64,000 nucleotides of DNA, from the IMG/VR virus record IMGVR_UViG_3300020362_000001; one strand, given 5' to 3'. Source of the DNA: an uncultured virus (IMG/VR IMGVR_UViG_3300020362_000001) (taxonomy: Duplodnaviria > Heunggongvirae > Uroviricota > Caudoviricetes). The stretch's first letter is position 1, and each line of letters opens with the position of its first letter. The notes beneath the pieces are model-generated. The model had not been told where the DNA came from. It saw only the letters and a list, made by a program, of their open reading frames with translations, and searched no databases. The translations under genes were made by a program, and so were the position numbers. Below are positions 55,405 to 64,000 of the stretch, one piece after another.

Positions 55405-56325
55405 ATGATTAAAGAACATACATTATTTACAGAACGTTTTAGACCTACCGATCCTAAGGATTATATTGGTAATGAAGTATTTAAATCAAGTTTAGATCAA
55501 TGGATTAAACAACAGGATATACCACATATTCTATTATATGGTCCTGCAGGTACAGGTAAAACTACTGCTGCTAAACTTATTACAACTAATTTAGATTGTG
55601 ATTCAATTTACATTAATTGTTCTGATGAAAATGGTATAGAAACAATTAGAGAAAAAGTAAAATCATTTGCTTCCGCCGCGACATTCCGCGCTTTAAAAGT
55701 GGTTATAATGGATGAAGCTGATTTTTTAACTATCAACGCGCAAGCAGCTTTACGTAATGTAATTGAATCGTTTTCTAAAACAACTAGATTTGTATTTACT
55801 TGTAATTATATAGAACGTATAATTGATCCTATACAATCCAGAACATCAGTATTTGAAATATTACCTCCATCTAAATCAGAGGTAGCAAAACGTTGTAAAG
55901 AAATATTACATAAAGAAGCATGTAATCATTCTACTGAAACTTTAGTTGATATTGTAAATAAAACATACCCAGATATTCGTAAAACATTAAATTTGTTACA
56001 ATCATGTATAGTATATGATCCTGTAGGTACATTTTTACAATTAAATAAAGATATAGTTAATCAAAAACAATATACAGACCAAATTATTGATTTAATTAAA
56101 TCTCATGATGATGATGCTTTTACTAAAATTAGACAAATAGTAGCAGATTCAAATATTAGAGATTATAACGAATTATATAGAGCCCTATTTGAAAATTTAG
56201 ATTCATTCCATAACCCAGTATTAGGTACTATTATTATTTCAGAATCACAGTACCAGTCAGTATTGGCTCCTGATAAAGAAATTACTTTTATGGCATGTAT
56301 CGCAAACTTAATTAAACCATTCTAA
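55405..56325 (+). CDS. Clamp loader ATPase subunit (gp44/RFC-like)
   Basis: ERFRP, GPAGTGKTT, MDEAD, AQAALR, IQSR. Confidence 0.92.
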   Translation: MIKEHTLFTERFRPTDPKDYIGNEVFKSSLDQWIKQQDIPHILLYGPAGTGKTTAAKLITTNLDCDSIYINCSDENGIETIREKVKSFASAATFRALKVVIMDEADFLTINAQAALRNVIESFSKTTRFVFTCNYIERIIDPIQSRTSVFEILPPSKSEVAKRCKEILHKEACNHSTETLVDIVNKTYPDIRKTLNLLQSCIVYDPVGTFLQLNKDIVNQKQYTDQIIDLIKSHDDDAFTKIRQIVADSNIRDYNELYRALFENLDSFHNPVLGTIIISESQYQSVLAPDKEITFMACIANLIKPF

Positions 56326-56570
56326 TGCAACAACAACAATTAAATTTCGATTTAAGTAAAACAACACCTATTGAACCACCTAGTGGAGGTAAAATATGGT
56401 TATCTGGAGTAGTTTTACGTAAAGTATCTAAATTTGTTACAGGTGCTAGTGAAGATGGAATTGTACCAATTCCAGTATTCTTTGATCCTGAAACTAAAGA
56501 AATATTAGAAGATACTATCCCTAAGGAAATTAGAGAAGATTATAAATATGATCCTCCAAAAACACTCTAA
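56325..56570 (+). CDS. Hypothetical protein
   Basis: Coupled ORF between clamp-loader genes. Confidence 0.55.
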   Translation: MQQQQLNFDLSKTTPIEPPSGGKIWLSGVVLRKVSKFVTGASEDGIVPIPVFFDPETKEILEDTIPKEIREDYKYDPPKTL

Positions 56571-56573
56571 GTA

Positions 56574-56984
56574 ATGAATATATTTGATTGGCTAAATCAA
56601 ATCTCTTATGATAAACAACCTTGGAGTAGTTTTACTAGAGAGGATAAATTATCATTTCAACCTTATATGATACGTCGTTTTATATCAATGAAGGAAAATT
56701 ATATTGAATTAGTCAGTGAAGTTCAAAATGCAAATATACCATTAAATTACGAATATAATTTTTGGTGTAAATCAATTCCTAAAAGAAAAACATTTTTTAG
56801 ATATATAAAACCTAAAAAAAGTTTGCCTAAGCAAGAATTGCTTAGTATATTAGCTATGTACTACCAAGTAAGTAAACGTGAAATTTTAGATAACTTTAAC
56901 TTATTAGGTAAAGACTTAATTAAATCTATATTATTACAAATAGGTATAGAAGAACGTAAAATTAAAACTTTATTAAAAAATTAA
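56574..56984 (+). CDS. Clamp loader small subunit (gp62-like)
   Basis: FDWLNQI..K, FQPYMIRRFISM, IPKRKTF.RYIK. Confidence 0.7.
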   Translation: MNIFDWLNQISYDKQPWSSFTREDKLSFQPYMIRRFISMKENYIELVSEVQNANIPLNYEYNFWCKSIPKRKTFFRYIKPKKSLPKQELLSILAMYYQVSKREILDNFNLLGKDLIKSILLQIGIEERKIKTLLKN

Positions 56985-56987
56985 ATT

Positions 56988-57215
56988 ATGGCAATAAGTA
57001 AACAAATTTATGACATGTTAAAATCTGAAGCCGAAGCAGATAAGCAAAAAGCTTTATTATCTTTAGATTTAATCAAAAATTATCCCGCAGGTATAGGTGA
57101 TCATTCAACTAAAGATTTTTGGGATAATGCTACTGAGGCATTAAAATTATTAGCTTCAGCAGATGAAAGATTAGAAACATTAGAAAAATATTTTGATACT
57201 AAAGAGGTATTATAA
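56988..57215 (+). CDS. Hypothetical protein
   Basis: PAGIGDHS motif. Confidence 0.55.
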   Translation: MAISKQIYDMLKSEAEADKQKALLSLDLIKNYPAGIGDHSTKDFWDNATEALKLLASADERLETLEKYFDTKEVL

Positions 57216-57634
57216 TGAGTGATAGCAGAAAGGCATATGATGAAAAATTTGGGGATAATGAAAATAAATGGGAAACCACTTTCACTTCAGCCCCTAATTT
57301 TTCTGAATCTCAACTTGATTGTAAAGTAAAATTTCCGGTCATTTCTGAAGAATTTGTAAAAGTTCAAAAGGAGCAATTAGAATTATTTTCTAAAAAAATG
57401 ATGGATTATGGTCTAGGTAATATAGCTTTAGGTGGTGATCTTGAAAATGAAGATGATGTAAATTATGCTTTACAGGGCATACAAATCAGAATAAATGATA
57501 AAATTAACCGTTTGAAAAATTTATTAAAAAACGGTAAAAGTTATGTAGAAAATGAATCCATAGAGGATACTTTAATTGATATTTCTAATTATGGTATTAT
57601 TGGTCTTCTCTTGGGAAGAAAAAAATGGAAATAA
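57215..57634 (+). CDS. DUF1599/nucleotide-modification-associated (Nmad1-like) protein
   Basis: KKMMDYG, RINDKINRL, ESIEDTLIDISNYGII. Confidence 0.7.
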   Translation: MSDSRKAYDEKFGDNENKWETTFTSAPNFSESQLDCKVKFPVISEEFVKVQKEQLELFSKKMMDYGLGNIALGGDLENEDDVNYALQGIQIRINDKINRLKNLLKNGKSYVENESIEDTLIDISNYGIIGLLLGRKKWK

Positions 57635-58563
57635 ATTATAAGACAGATAAAGTTGTATCTTTTTCACAATATTCTACTTATAAATCTTGCCCTCATAAAT
57701 GGTATTTAGAGTATGTAAAAGGTCATAGGGACGAAAAACCTAATATGTATTTTGTTTTTGGAACAGCTATACATGAGGCCTTACAATACTATTTACAAAC
57801 CATGTTTGATTCATCAGCTAAAAAAGCAGATGATTTAAATTTAAATTTATTCTTCAAAGAAAAAATGATTGAAGAGTATACTAAATATAAATCCAAATAC
57901 GGTCATTTTGCTACTCCTGAACAACTGAATGAATTTTATTTTGATGGAGTAGGAATTTTAGATTGGTTCAAAAAACATAAACGTGGAAGAAAAAATTATT
58001 TTTCTACTCGTAAACATGAATTAAAAGGAATTGAAGTACCTTTAATTACTATCCCTATTAAAGAAAGACCTAATATTAAGTATATGGGTTACATAGATTT
58101 AATTATCTATGACAAACGCTCAGAGGACTATACTATATTTGATATTAAAACTTCTACTAAAGGTTGGTCTAAATGGGAAAAAGGAGATACTACTAAACAT
58201 AATCAACTTTACCTTTATAAACAATATTATTCCGAATTATTTAAAGTACCTTTAAGTAAAATAAATGTAGAGTTTTATATAGTAAAAAGAAAAGTATTAG
58301 ATTTTGATGATGAAAATATTAAATCACCACATCAAGCTTATCGTGTACAAAATTTCAAACCAGTTGATAATAAATTAAGATTAAAAAAAGCAAAGGAAGA
58401 TTTTACTAATTTTATACGTGAATGTTATACTGTAGAGGGTAATCCAATAGATAAAGATTTTGATAAAAAAATAGATAAACCTTGTGAGTGGTGTGATTTT
58501 GGAAAAAATAGAGAATTATGTGGAGCAGCATTATCACCTGAAGAAAAGTTTTTTAGTTTTTGA
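57625..58563 (+). CDS. PD-(D/E)xK nuclease (RecB/Cas4-like)
   Basis: SFSQ..CP, GTAIHE, GYIDLI..FDIKT, QLYLY, CEWCDF..C. Confidence 0.85.
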   Translation: MEINYKTDKVVSFSQYSTYKSCPHKWYLEYVKGHRDEKPNMYFVFGTAIHEALQYYLQTMFDSSAKKADDLNLNLFFKEKMIEEYTKYKSKYGHFATPEQLNEFYFDGVGILDWFKKHKRGRKNYFSTRKHELKGIEVPLITIPIKERPNIKYMGYIDLIIYDKRSEDYTIFDIKTSTKGWSKWEKGDTTKHNQLYLYKQYYSELFKVPLSKINVEFYIVKRKVLDFDDENIKSPHQAYRVQNFKPVDNKLRLKKAKEDFTNFIRECYTVEGNPIDKDFDKKIDKPCEWCDFGKNRELCGAALSPEEKFFSF

Positions 58564-58597
58564 ATCCTTATATATTTATATATATAAAAAATAGATT

Positions 58598-58789
58598 ATG
58601 AATAAAAATCAGTTACAATTAACAAGTGTTAAAGTTCACAGACATTTGTTTGATCAGTTTAAAATTGAATGTGTAAAAACAAAATTTTCATTACAAAAAC
58701 TTGCAGATCGGTCTCTTCATTTGTATCTTACAGATGAAAATTTCAGAAAGCAAATACATAATCAAACAAATTTAACTTTAGATAATTAA
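58598..58789 (+). CDS. Small ribbon-helix-helix-like protein
   Basis: LTSVKV strand followed by two helices. Confidence 0.45.
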   Translation: MNKNQLQLTSVKVHRHLFDQFKIECVKTKFSLQKLADRSLHLYLTDENFRKQIHNQTNLTLDN

Positions 58790-58795
58790 TATTTT

Positions 58796-60232
58796 ATGAA
58801 AGAAGGTTATATACCAAAGGAGAAACGTAAAAAAATAATGTTTCTCTGTGATGATATAAGAATGCATTCTGGTATTGCTACCATGGCCAGAGAAATAGTA
58901 CTAGGTAGTGCACATATTTTTAACTGGGTTAATGTAGGTGCAGCTATAAACCATCCAGAACAGGGTAAAAGAATAGATTTAAGTGAGGATAGTAATAATA
59001 GATTAAATATTCCTGATGCTTCGGTTTTTTTATATCCACAAAATGGATATGGTAATCCTGATATAATTAGACAATTATTAAAAATGGAAAAGCCGGATGC
59101 TATATTTTTCTTTACTGATCCTAGATATTGGGAATGGTTATTTAAAATGGAAAATGAAATAAGAACTCAAATTCCAATGGTATATCTTAATATTTGGGAT
59201 GATATGCCTGCTCCAATGTATAATGAATCATACTACGAATCATGTGATACTTTATTAGCTATTTCTAAACAAACTGAAAACATAAATAGAATAGTTTTAG
59301 GAGATAAAGCTAAGGATAAATTAATAGCATATGTACCTCATGGTATAAACGAGGAAGTTTTTAGACCTATTAAGGAGGGAGATAAACACTGGGATGATTT
59401 CTTAAATACAAAGAAAAAATTATTTGGAGGTAAAGAATATGAACATATATTTTTCTTTAATTCAAGAAATATTAGAAGAAAATGTATATCAGATTTATTT
59501 GTAGCATTTAAATTATTTAAAGACCAATTACCGGAAGATAAAAAAGATAAAGTTGCCCTATTATTACATACACAACCTGTTGATGATAATGGTACAGATT
59601 TATTTGCAGTAAGAGATATGTTATTGGGTGAGGATCCTAATGTTTTATTTTCTACAGAAAGAATATCTGCTGAATCAATGAATGTTTTATATAATTTAGC
59701 AGATGTTACAGTTTTACCTTCATCTAATGAAGGCTGGGGATTAGCATTAACCGAATCCATGATGGCAGGTACTATGATAATAGCTAATGTTACAGGTGGT
59801 ATGCAGGATCAAATGAGATTTGAAGATGAAAATGGAGATTGGATTAAATTTAATGAAAATTTCTGTTCTAACCATTTTGGAACTTATAAAAAATGTGGAA
59901 AATGGGCTCTACCAGTATTTCCTTCTAATACAAGTGTAGTTGGTTCCCCTAAAACTCCTTATATATTCGATGATAGATTAGATTTTAGAGATTTAGCTGA
60001 TACATTAATGCAATCTTATAAAATGTCTAAGGAAGAAAAAATTGAACGTGGTCTAGCTGGACGCGAATGGGTTACATCTGATGAATCAATGGCATCAGCA
60101 AGAATGATGAATAAAAACGTTATAAAATATCTTAATCAAACTATAGATAATTTTAAACCTAGAAATAATTTTGAGTTTATTAAAATAGATAAATTAAGAG
60201 TTAAACAGTTACAACATAAATTAATATATTAA
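58796..60232 (+). CDS. Glycosyltransferase (GT4-like)
   Basis: VPHGI, RNIRRK, SNEGWGLALTESM. Confidence 0.85.
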   Translation: MKEGYIPKEKRKKIMFLCDDIRMHSGIATMAREIVLGSAHIFNWVNVGAAINHPEQGKRIDLSEDSNNRLNIPDASVFLYPQNGYGNPDIIRQLLKMEKPDAIFFFTDPRYWEWLFKMENEIRTQIPMVYLNIWDDMPAPMYNESYYESCDTLLAISKQTENINRIVLGDKAKDKLIAYVPHGINEEVFRPIKEGDKHWDDFLNTKKKLFGGKEYEHIFFFNSRNIRRKCISDLFVAFKLFKDQLPEDKKDKVALLLHTQPVDDNGTDLFAVRDMLLGEDPNVLFSTERISAESMNVLYNLADVTVLPSSNEGWGLALTESMMAGTMIIANVTGGMQDQMRFEDENGDWIKFNENFCSNHFGTYKKCGKWALPVFPSNTSVVGSPKTPYIFDDRLDFRDLADTLMQSYKMSKEEKIERGLAGREWVTSDESMASARMMNKNVIKYLNQTIDNFKPRNNFEFIKIDKLRVKQLQHKLIY

Positions 60233-60233
60233 C

Positions 60234-61529
60234 ATGGCTAAACCTTTTGTAGTAGTAAGTTGTCCATTAGATACATTTTCTGGATACGGATCTAGATCCA
60301 GAGATGTAGTAAGGGCTCTATTAAAATCAGAAAAATATGATGTAAAAGTTTTATCACAAAGATGGGGTAGTACTCCATATGGATTTTTAAATGAAAATGA
60401 TCCGGAAGATAAAAAATTATTAGATTGTATAATACCGTCTCCATTACAACGTCAACCTGATGTTTGGATACAAATTACTGTACCTAATGAATTCCAAAAA
60501 ATAGGTAAATTTAGCATTGGGATTACAGCTGGAATAGAAACAGATATTTGTACTCATCAATTTATTGAGGGTTGTAATAGAATGGATTTAATATTAGGTT
60601 CTTCAAAACATACTATAGATGTATTTAAAAGAACCCAATATGATAAAAAAGATAAAGAAGGTAAAACCCAAGGTATGGTTAAATTGGAAACCCCAGTAGA
60701 CATATTAATTGAAGGTTTAGATTTAGAAAAATATTATTATATTGAACCTAAAAAACTTCCTAGAACTGAATTAGTCAAATCATTAAGTACTATAGATGAA
60801 CAATTTTGTTTCTTATTTGTAGGTCACTGGTTACAAGGATCTATAGGTGAGGATAGAAAAAATGTAGGTTTAATGTTAAAAACATTTTTAGAAACTTTTA
60901 AAAATAAAAGTAAAAGACCTGCTTTAGTAATGAAAACAATGAGTGGTCCTGCATCAATAATGGATAGAGAAGAAATACTAAAAAGAATTGATGCCATAAG
61001 AAAAGGAGTAAGTGGTACTCTACCTAATGTTTATTTACTACATGGTGAGATAGAAGATGAAGATATGAATCATTTATATAATCACCCTAAAATTAAAGCC
61101 ATGATTAGTTTAACTAAAGGAGAAGGATTTGGACGTCCACTTTTAGAGTTTACTCAAAGCAAAAAACCGGTAATAGCATCTAATTGGAGTGGTCATTTAG
61201 ATTTTCTAAACTCAGAATTTGCTAGTTTAATACCTGGTGAATTAAAGGAAATTCATTCATCAGCAATCCAAAAAGATTTATTAATTGAAAAATCAAAATG
61301 GTTTTCTCCAGATATTAATTTTGTTTCTTTATTATTAAAAGATTATGTTAATGGTTATAAACAATATCAAGTAAATGGTAAAAGATTGGGTTATTATTGT
61401 AAAACTAATTTTTCATTTGATATAATGCAGAAAAAATTAGAGGAAGTATTAGATAAAAATGCACCTAAAAAAGTAGAAATTAAACTTCCTAATATTAAAA
61501 AAATATCATTACCTAAAAAAGATGCTTAA
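60234..61529 (+). CDS. Glycosyltransferase (GT4-like)
   Basis: SGYG, FLFVGHW, TKGEGFGRPLLEF, SNWSGHLDF. Confidence 0.85.
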   Translation: MAKPFVVVSCPLDTFSGYGSRSRDVVRALLKSEKYDVKVLSQRWGSTPYGFLNENDPEDKKLLDCIIPSPLQRQPDVWIQITVPNEFQKIGKFSIGITAGIETDICTHQFIEGCNRMDLILGSSKHTIDVFKRTQYDKKDKEGKTQGMVKLETPVDILIEGLDLEKYYYIEPKKLPRTELVKSLSTIDEQFCFLFVGHWLQGSIGEDRKNVGLMLKTFLETFKNKSKRPALVMKTMSGPASIMDREEILKRIDAIRKGVSGTLPNVYLLHGEIEDEDMNHLYNHPKIKAMISLTKGEGFGRPLLEFTQSKKPVIASNWSGHLDFLNSEFASLIPGELKEIHSSAIQKDLLIEKSKWFSPDINFVSLLLKDYVNGYKQYQVNGKRLGYYCKTNFSFDIMQKKLEEVLDKNAPKKVEIKLPNIKKISLPKKDA

Positions 61530-61980
61530 AGATAGTTTAGAAATATGCCCTCTATGTGGAAGTGATGCTTGTTACGTTACTAAACTAAATGCTACAGCAA
61601 AAAATTATTTTTGTTTTGGTTGTGGATTTACTACTAATGATTTAATGGTTGAAGGTAAATTTGATTTTGATCAGTATGAAGAAACTCTTCCCGAACTTTA
61701 TAAGGATATTAAAAAAATAGATAGTTCTTATCGTGTCTGGTATCCCATCACTATTAATTTAGAAGATAAAGGTACTGTATTTGCTAAAGGTACTGGTTCT
61801 ACAGATTGGAATTGGGCAGGTGTTAGAGTAAAAGAAATTGATAAAGAAGAACAAGGTAAATTTAAAATACCTGGTACAGATAAATTTTATAAATACAAAA
61901 CTGATATGACTACTTTACAAGAGTATAAACAAGGTGATTTTATGGATGCATTAGAGTATATTGGTTTTTTTAAAGGTTAA
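61522..61980 (+). CDS. Zn-ribbon protein
   Basis: CPLCGSDAC..CFGCGF. Confidence 0.55.
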   Translation: MLKDSLEICPLCGSDACYVTKLNATAKNYFCFGCGFTTNDLMVEGKFDFDQYEETLPELYKDIKKIDSSYRVWYPITINLEDKGTVFAKGTGSTDWNWAGVRVKEIDKEEQGKFKIPGTDKFYKYKTDMTTLQEYKQGDFMDALEYIGFFKG

Positions 61981-61982
61981 TT

Positions 61983-62615
61983 ATGAGTATAAGTTTTGCT
62001 ATTACGGCATATAATGAACATGAAGAGTTACAAGTATTATTAAACCAACTAGAACAAATAGCTAAGCCAGATGATGAAATAGTTATTCAGTTGGATAGTA
62101 AGGCAACTCCCGAAGTATTAAGTTTAGTAGATCAATTTATTAGTAAAGATTTTACATTTACTGTAAAAAAATGTGTTTTTGATTTAAATAATCATTTTGC
62201 AGATTTTAAAAATAATTTAAAATCATATTGTACTAAAGATTGGGTTTTTCAAATTGATGCTGATGAAACCTTATCAGAAACATTTTCTAGAGTAATTCAT
62301 GAAGTATTAGATGCTAATGATGGGATAGATTTAATTGCTGTACCTAGAGTTAATATAGTAAAAGGATTAGAACAAAATGATATTATACAATGGCACTGGC
62401 AAGTAAATAGCCAGGGATGGGTTAATTGGCCCGATCCTCAACACAGGATTTTTAGAAATAAACCTGAGGTTAAGTGGGTAAATAAAGTACATGAAAAAAT
62501 TGTGGGATGGAAAACATATGCTGAATTACCATCTGAGGATGATTCATATGCTTTATACCATATAAAAGATATAGATAGACAAAGAAAACAAAACGAATTT
62601 TATTCTCAAATATGA
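61983..62615 (+). CDS. Glycosyltransferase family 2
   Basis: ISFAITAYNE, FQIDADE, KVHE. Confidence 0.85.
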   Translation: MSISFAITAYNEHEELQVLLNQLEQIAKPDDEIVIQLDSKATPEVLSLVDQFISKDFTFTVKKCVFDLNNHFADFKNNLKSYCTKDWVFQIDADETLSETFSRVIHEVLDANDGIDLIAVPRVNIVKGLEQNDIIQWHWQVNSQGWVNWPDPQHRIFRNKPEVKWVNKVHEKIVGWKTYAELPSEDDSYALYHIKDIDRQRKQNEFYSQI

Positions 62616-63517
62616 AAAAGGTTTTAATAACAGGAGGTGGAGGCATGGTAGGTTCTGCTATGGAATCTCCCCTTAAATTAACTCGTGACTATTGCGATTT
62701 ACTAAATAGAAAACAAACTAACAGATTCTTTTCAGCTGTTAAACCAGATGGGGTTATACATTGTGCTGGTAAAGTAGGAGGAATTGGTGGTAATTCCAAT
62801 TATAAAGGACAATATTTTTATGAAAATATATTAATTAATACTAATGTAATAGAGGCAGCTAGACAAGCGGGTGTTCAAAATTTAGTATCATTTTTATCTA
62901 CTTGTGTATTCCCAGATAAAGTAAGTTATCCTCTTACTGTGGACCAAGTACATCAAGGTGATCCACATGATTCAAATTATCCATATGCTTATGCTAAAAG
63001 AATGGCTGACATTCAAATTAGGGCTTATAGAGAACAATATAATATAAATTATACATCAATTATTCCTTCTAACATTTACGGTCCTAATGATAATTTTTCT
63101 TTAGAACATGGCCATGTAATGCCAATGTTAATTCATAAATTGTATTTAGCTAAGAAAAATAAAACTGACTTTGTAGTATGGGGCAGTGGGAAACCATTAA
63201 GAGAATTTATATATTCTAAAGATATAGCTAAAATAGCAGAATGGGTTTTATTTAATTATAAAGGTACAGATCCTCTAATTGTTAGTGGAGATGAAGAAAT
63301 ATCAATTAAGGATTTAGTAGGTATTTTAGTTGATGAATTTAAATTTAAAGGTAAAGTTAAATTTGATAAAACAAAACCTGATGGACAATTAAGAAAACCA
63401 TCAGATAATTCTGCAATAAAAGAATTAATGCCTGATTTTGAATATACTCCATTTGAAAAAGGTATAAAAGAAACAGTTAGTTGGTTTATAGAAAATTATG
63501 AAAGTGCAAGAAAATAA
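62612..63517 (+). CDS. fcl: GDP-L-fucose synthase
   Basis: [45 protein letters not shown]. Confidence 0.93.
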   Translation: MKKVLITGGGGMVGSAMESPLKLTRDYCDLLNRKQTNRFFSAVKPDGVIHCAGKVGGIGGNSNYKGQYFYENILINTNVIEAARQAGVQNLVSFLSTCVFPDKVSYPLTVDQVHQGDPHDSNYPYAYAKRMADIQIRAYREQYNINYTSIIPSNIYGPNDNFSLEHGHVMPMLIHKLYLAKKNKTDFVVWGSGKPLREFIYSKDIAKIAEWVLFNYKGTDPLIVSGDEEISIKDLVGILVDEFKFKGKVKFDKTKPDGQLRKPSDNSAIKELMPDFEYTPFEKGIKETVSWFIENYESARK

Positions 63518-64000
63518 AGTTGCCCTGATAACGGGTATAAATGGTCAGGATGGTTCATATTTAGCAGAGTTTTTATTAGAAAAAGGATATGAAGTATGGG
63601 GTACTATTAAACGTAATTCCGTAGCGGAAAACCAAACATCTCGTTTGGATGAAATATACCCTCAATTATTAGGTAAATTACATTATGCTGATTTAACTGA
63701 TTTAGCATCTTTAATTTCAATCATACAACAGTGTCAACCTGACGAAATTTACAACTTAGCAGCGCAAAGTCACGTTAGAATATCATTTGACCAACCAATA
63801 TACACAGCTCAAGCTACTGGCATAGGTACACTTAATTTATTGGAAGCTATACGTTTAACTAAACCTAATGCTAAAATATATCAAGCATCAAGTAGTGAAA
63901 TGTTTGGTAATAATATAGATGAAGATGGGTATCAACGTGAAACTACACCTATGAATCCAGTTTCTCCATATGGTTGTGCTAAAGTATATTCATACAATAT
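63498..64000 (+). CDS. gmd: GDP-mannose 4,6-dehydratase (runs off window end)
   Basis: [41 protein letters not shown]. Confidence 0.93.
   Translation, partial: MKVQENKVALITGINGQDGSYLAEFLLEKGYEVWGTIKRNSVAENQTSRLDEIYPQLLGKLHYADLTDLASLISIIQQCQPDEIYNLAAQSHVRISFDQPIYTAQATGIGTLNLLEAIRLTKPNAKIYQASSSEMFGNNIDEDGYQRETTPMNPVSPYGCAKVYSYN

Noticed and set aside
57625..58563. Cas4-like nuclease as part of a CRISPR system
   Set aside because: No array or other cas genes; solo PD-(D/E)xK nucleases are common in phages
16762..59760. Other minus-strand ORFs in the track (e.g. 16762, 22044, 27360, 44042, 49974, 59338)
   Set aside because: Antisense to well-supported + strand genes, with no motifs or promoter support
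1..64000. Stop-codon reassignment
   Set aside because: Genes are full length under the standard bacterial code; TAA, TAG and TGA all end genes; no suppressor tRNA

Overview
A 64-kb, very AT-rich segment of a large T4-like (contractile-tailed) phage genome, coded almost entirely on the + strand. A conserved TTTGG-N19-TAyATT promoter resembling the Bacteroidota -33/-7 consensus, absence of Shine-Dalgarno sites and Bacteroidota-style lipoproteins point to a Bacteroidota (possibly Flavobacteria) host; this is inference. Gene order: neck/tail terminator; Ser/Gly/Thr-rich tail fibres flanking a GT4-TibC/Aah-like glycosyltransferase; sheath, tube, hub/chaperone with a probable +1 frameshift; tape measure and baseplate; a thumb-less divergent family A polymerase; SSB, RecA, 5'-3' exonuclease, DnaB, class Ia RNR, ThyA; a 7-deazaguanine DNA-modification cluster (QueD, TGT/DpdA-like, QueC, QueE, ferredoxin, FolE, PRTase, MazG-like); a family B polymerase split into two genes; clamp and clamp loader; Hsp20/GroES/GroEL; glycosyltransferases and GDP-fucose synthesis. 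Two tRNAs are present (Arg-ACG, initiator Met). The least explained signals are: a set of small +1-frame ORFs (hydrophobic helix plus basic tail) nested inside enzyme genes; candidate structured RNA leaders before queC, queE, a YRG-motif peptide and a fibre gene; a long-range inverted repeat enclosing hsp20; a QueC lacking its Zn cysteines; and the two unusual polymerases. All calls were made by eye from motifs; no database search was run.
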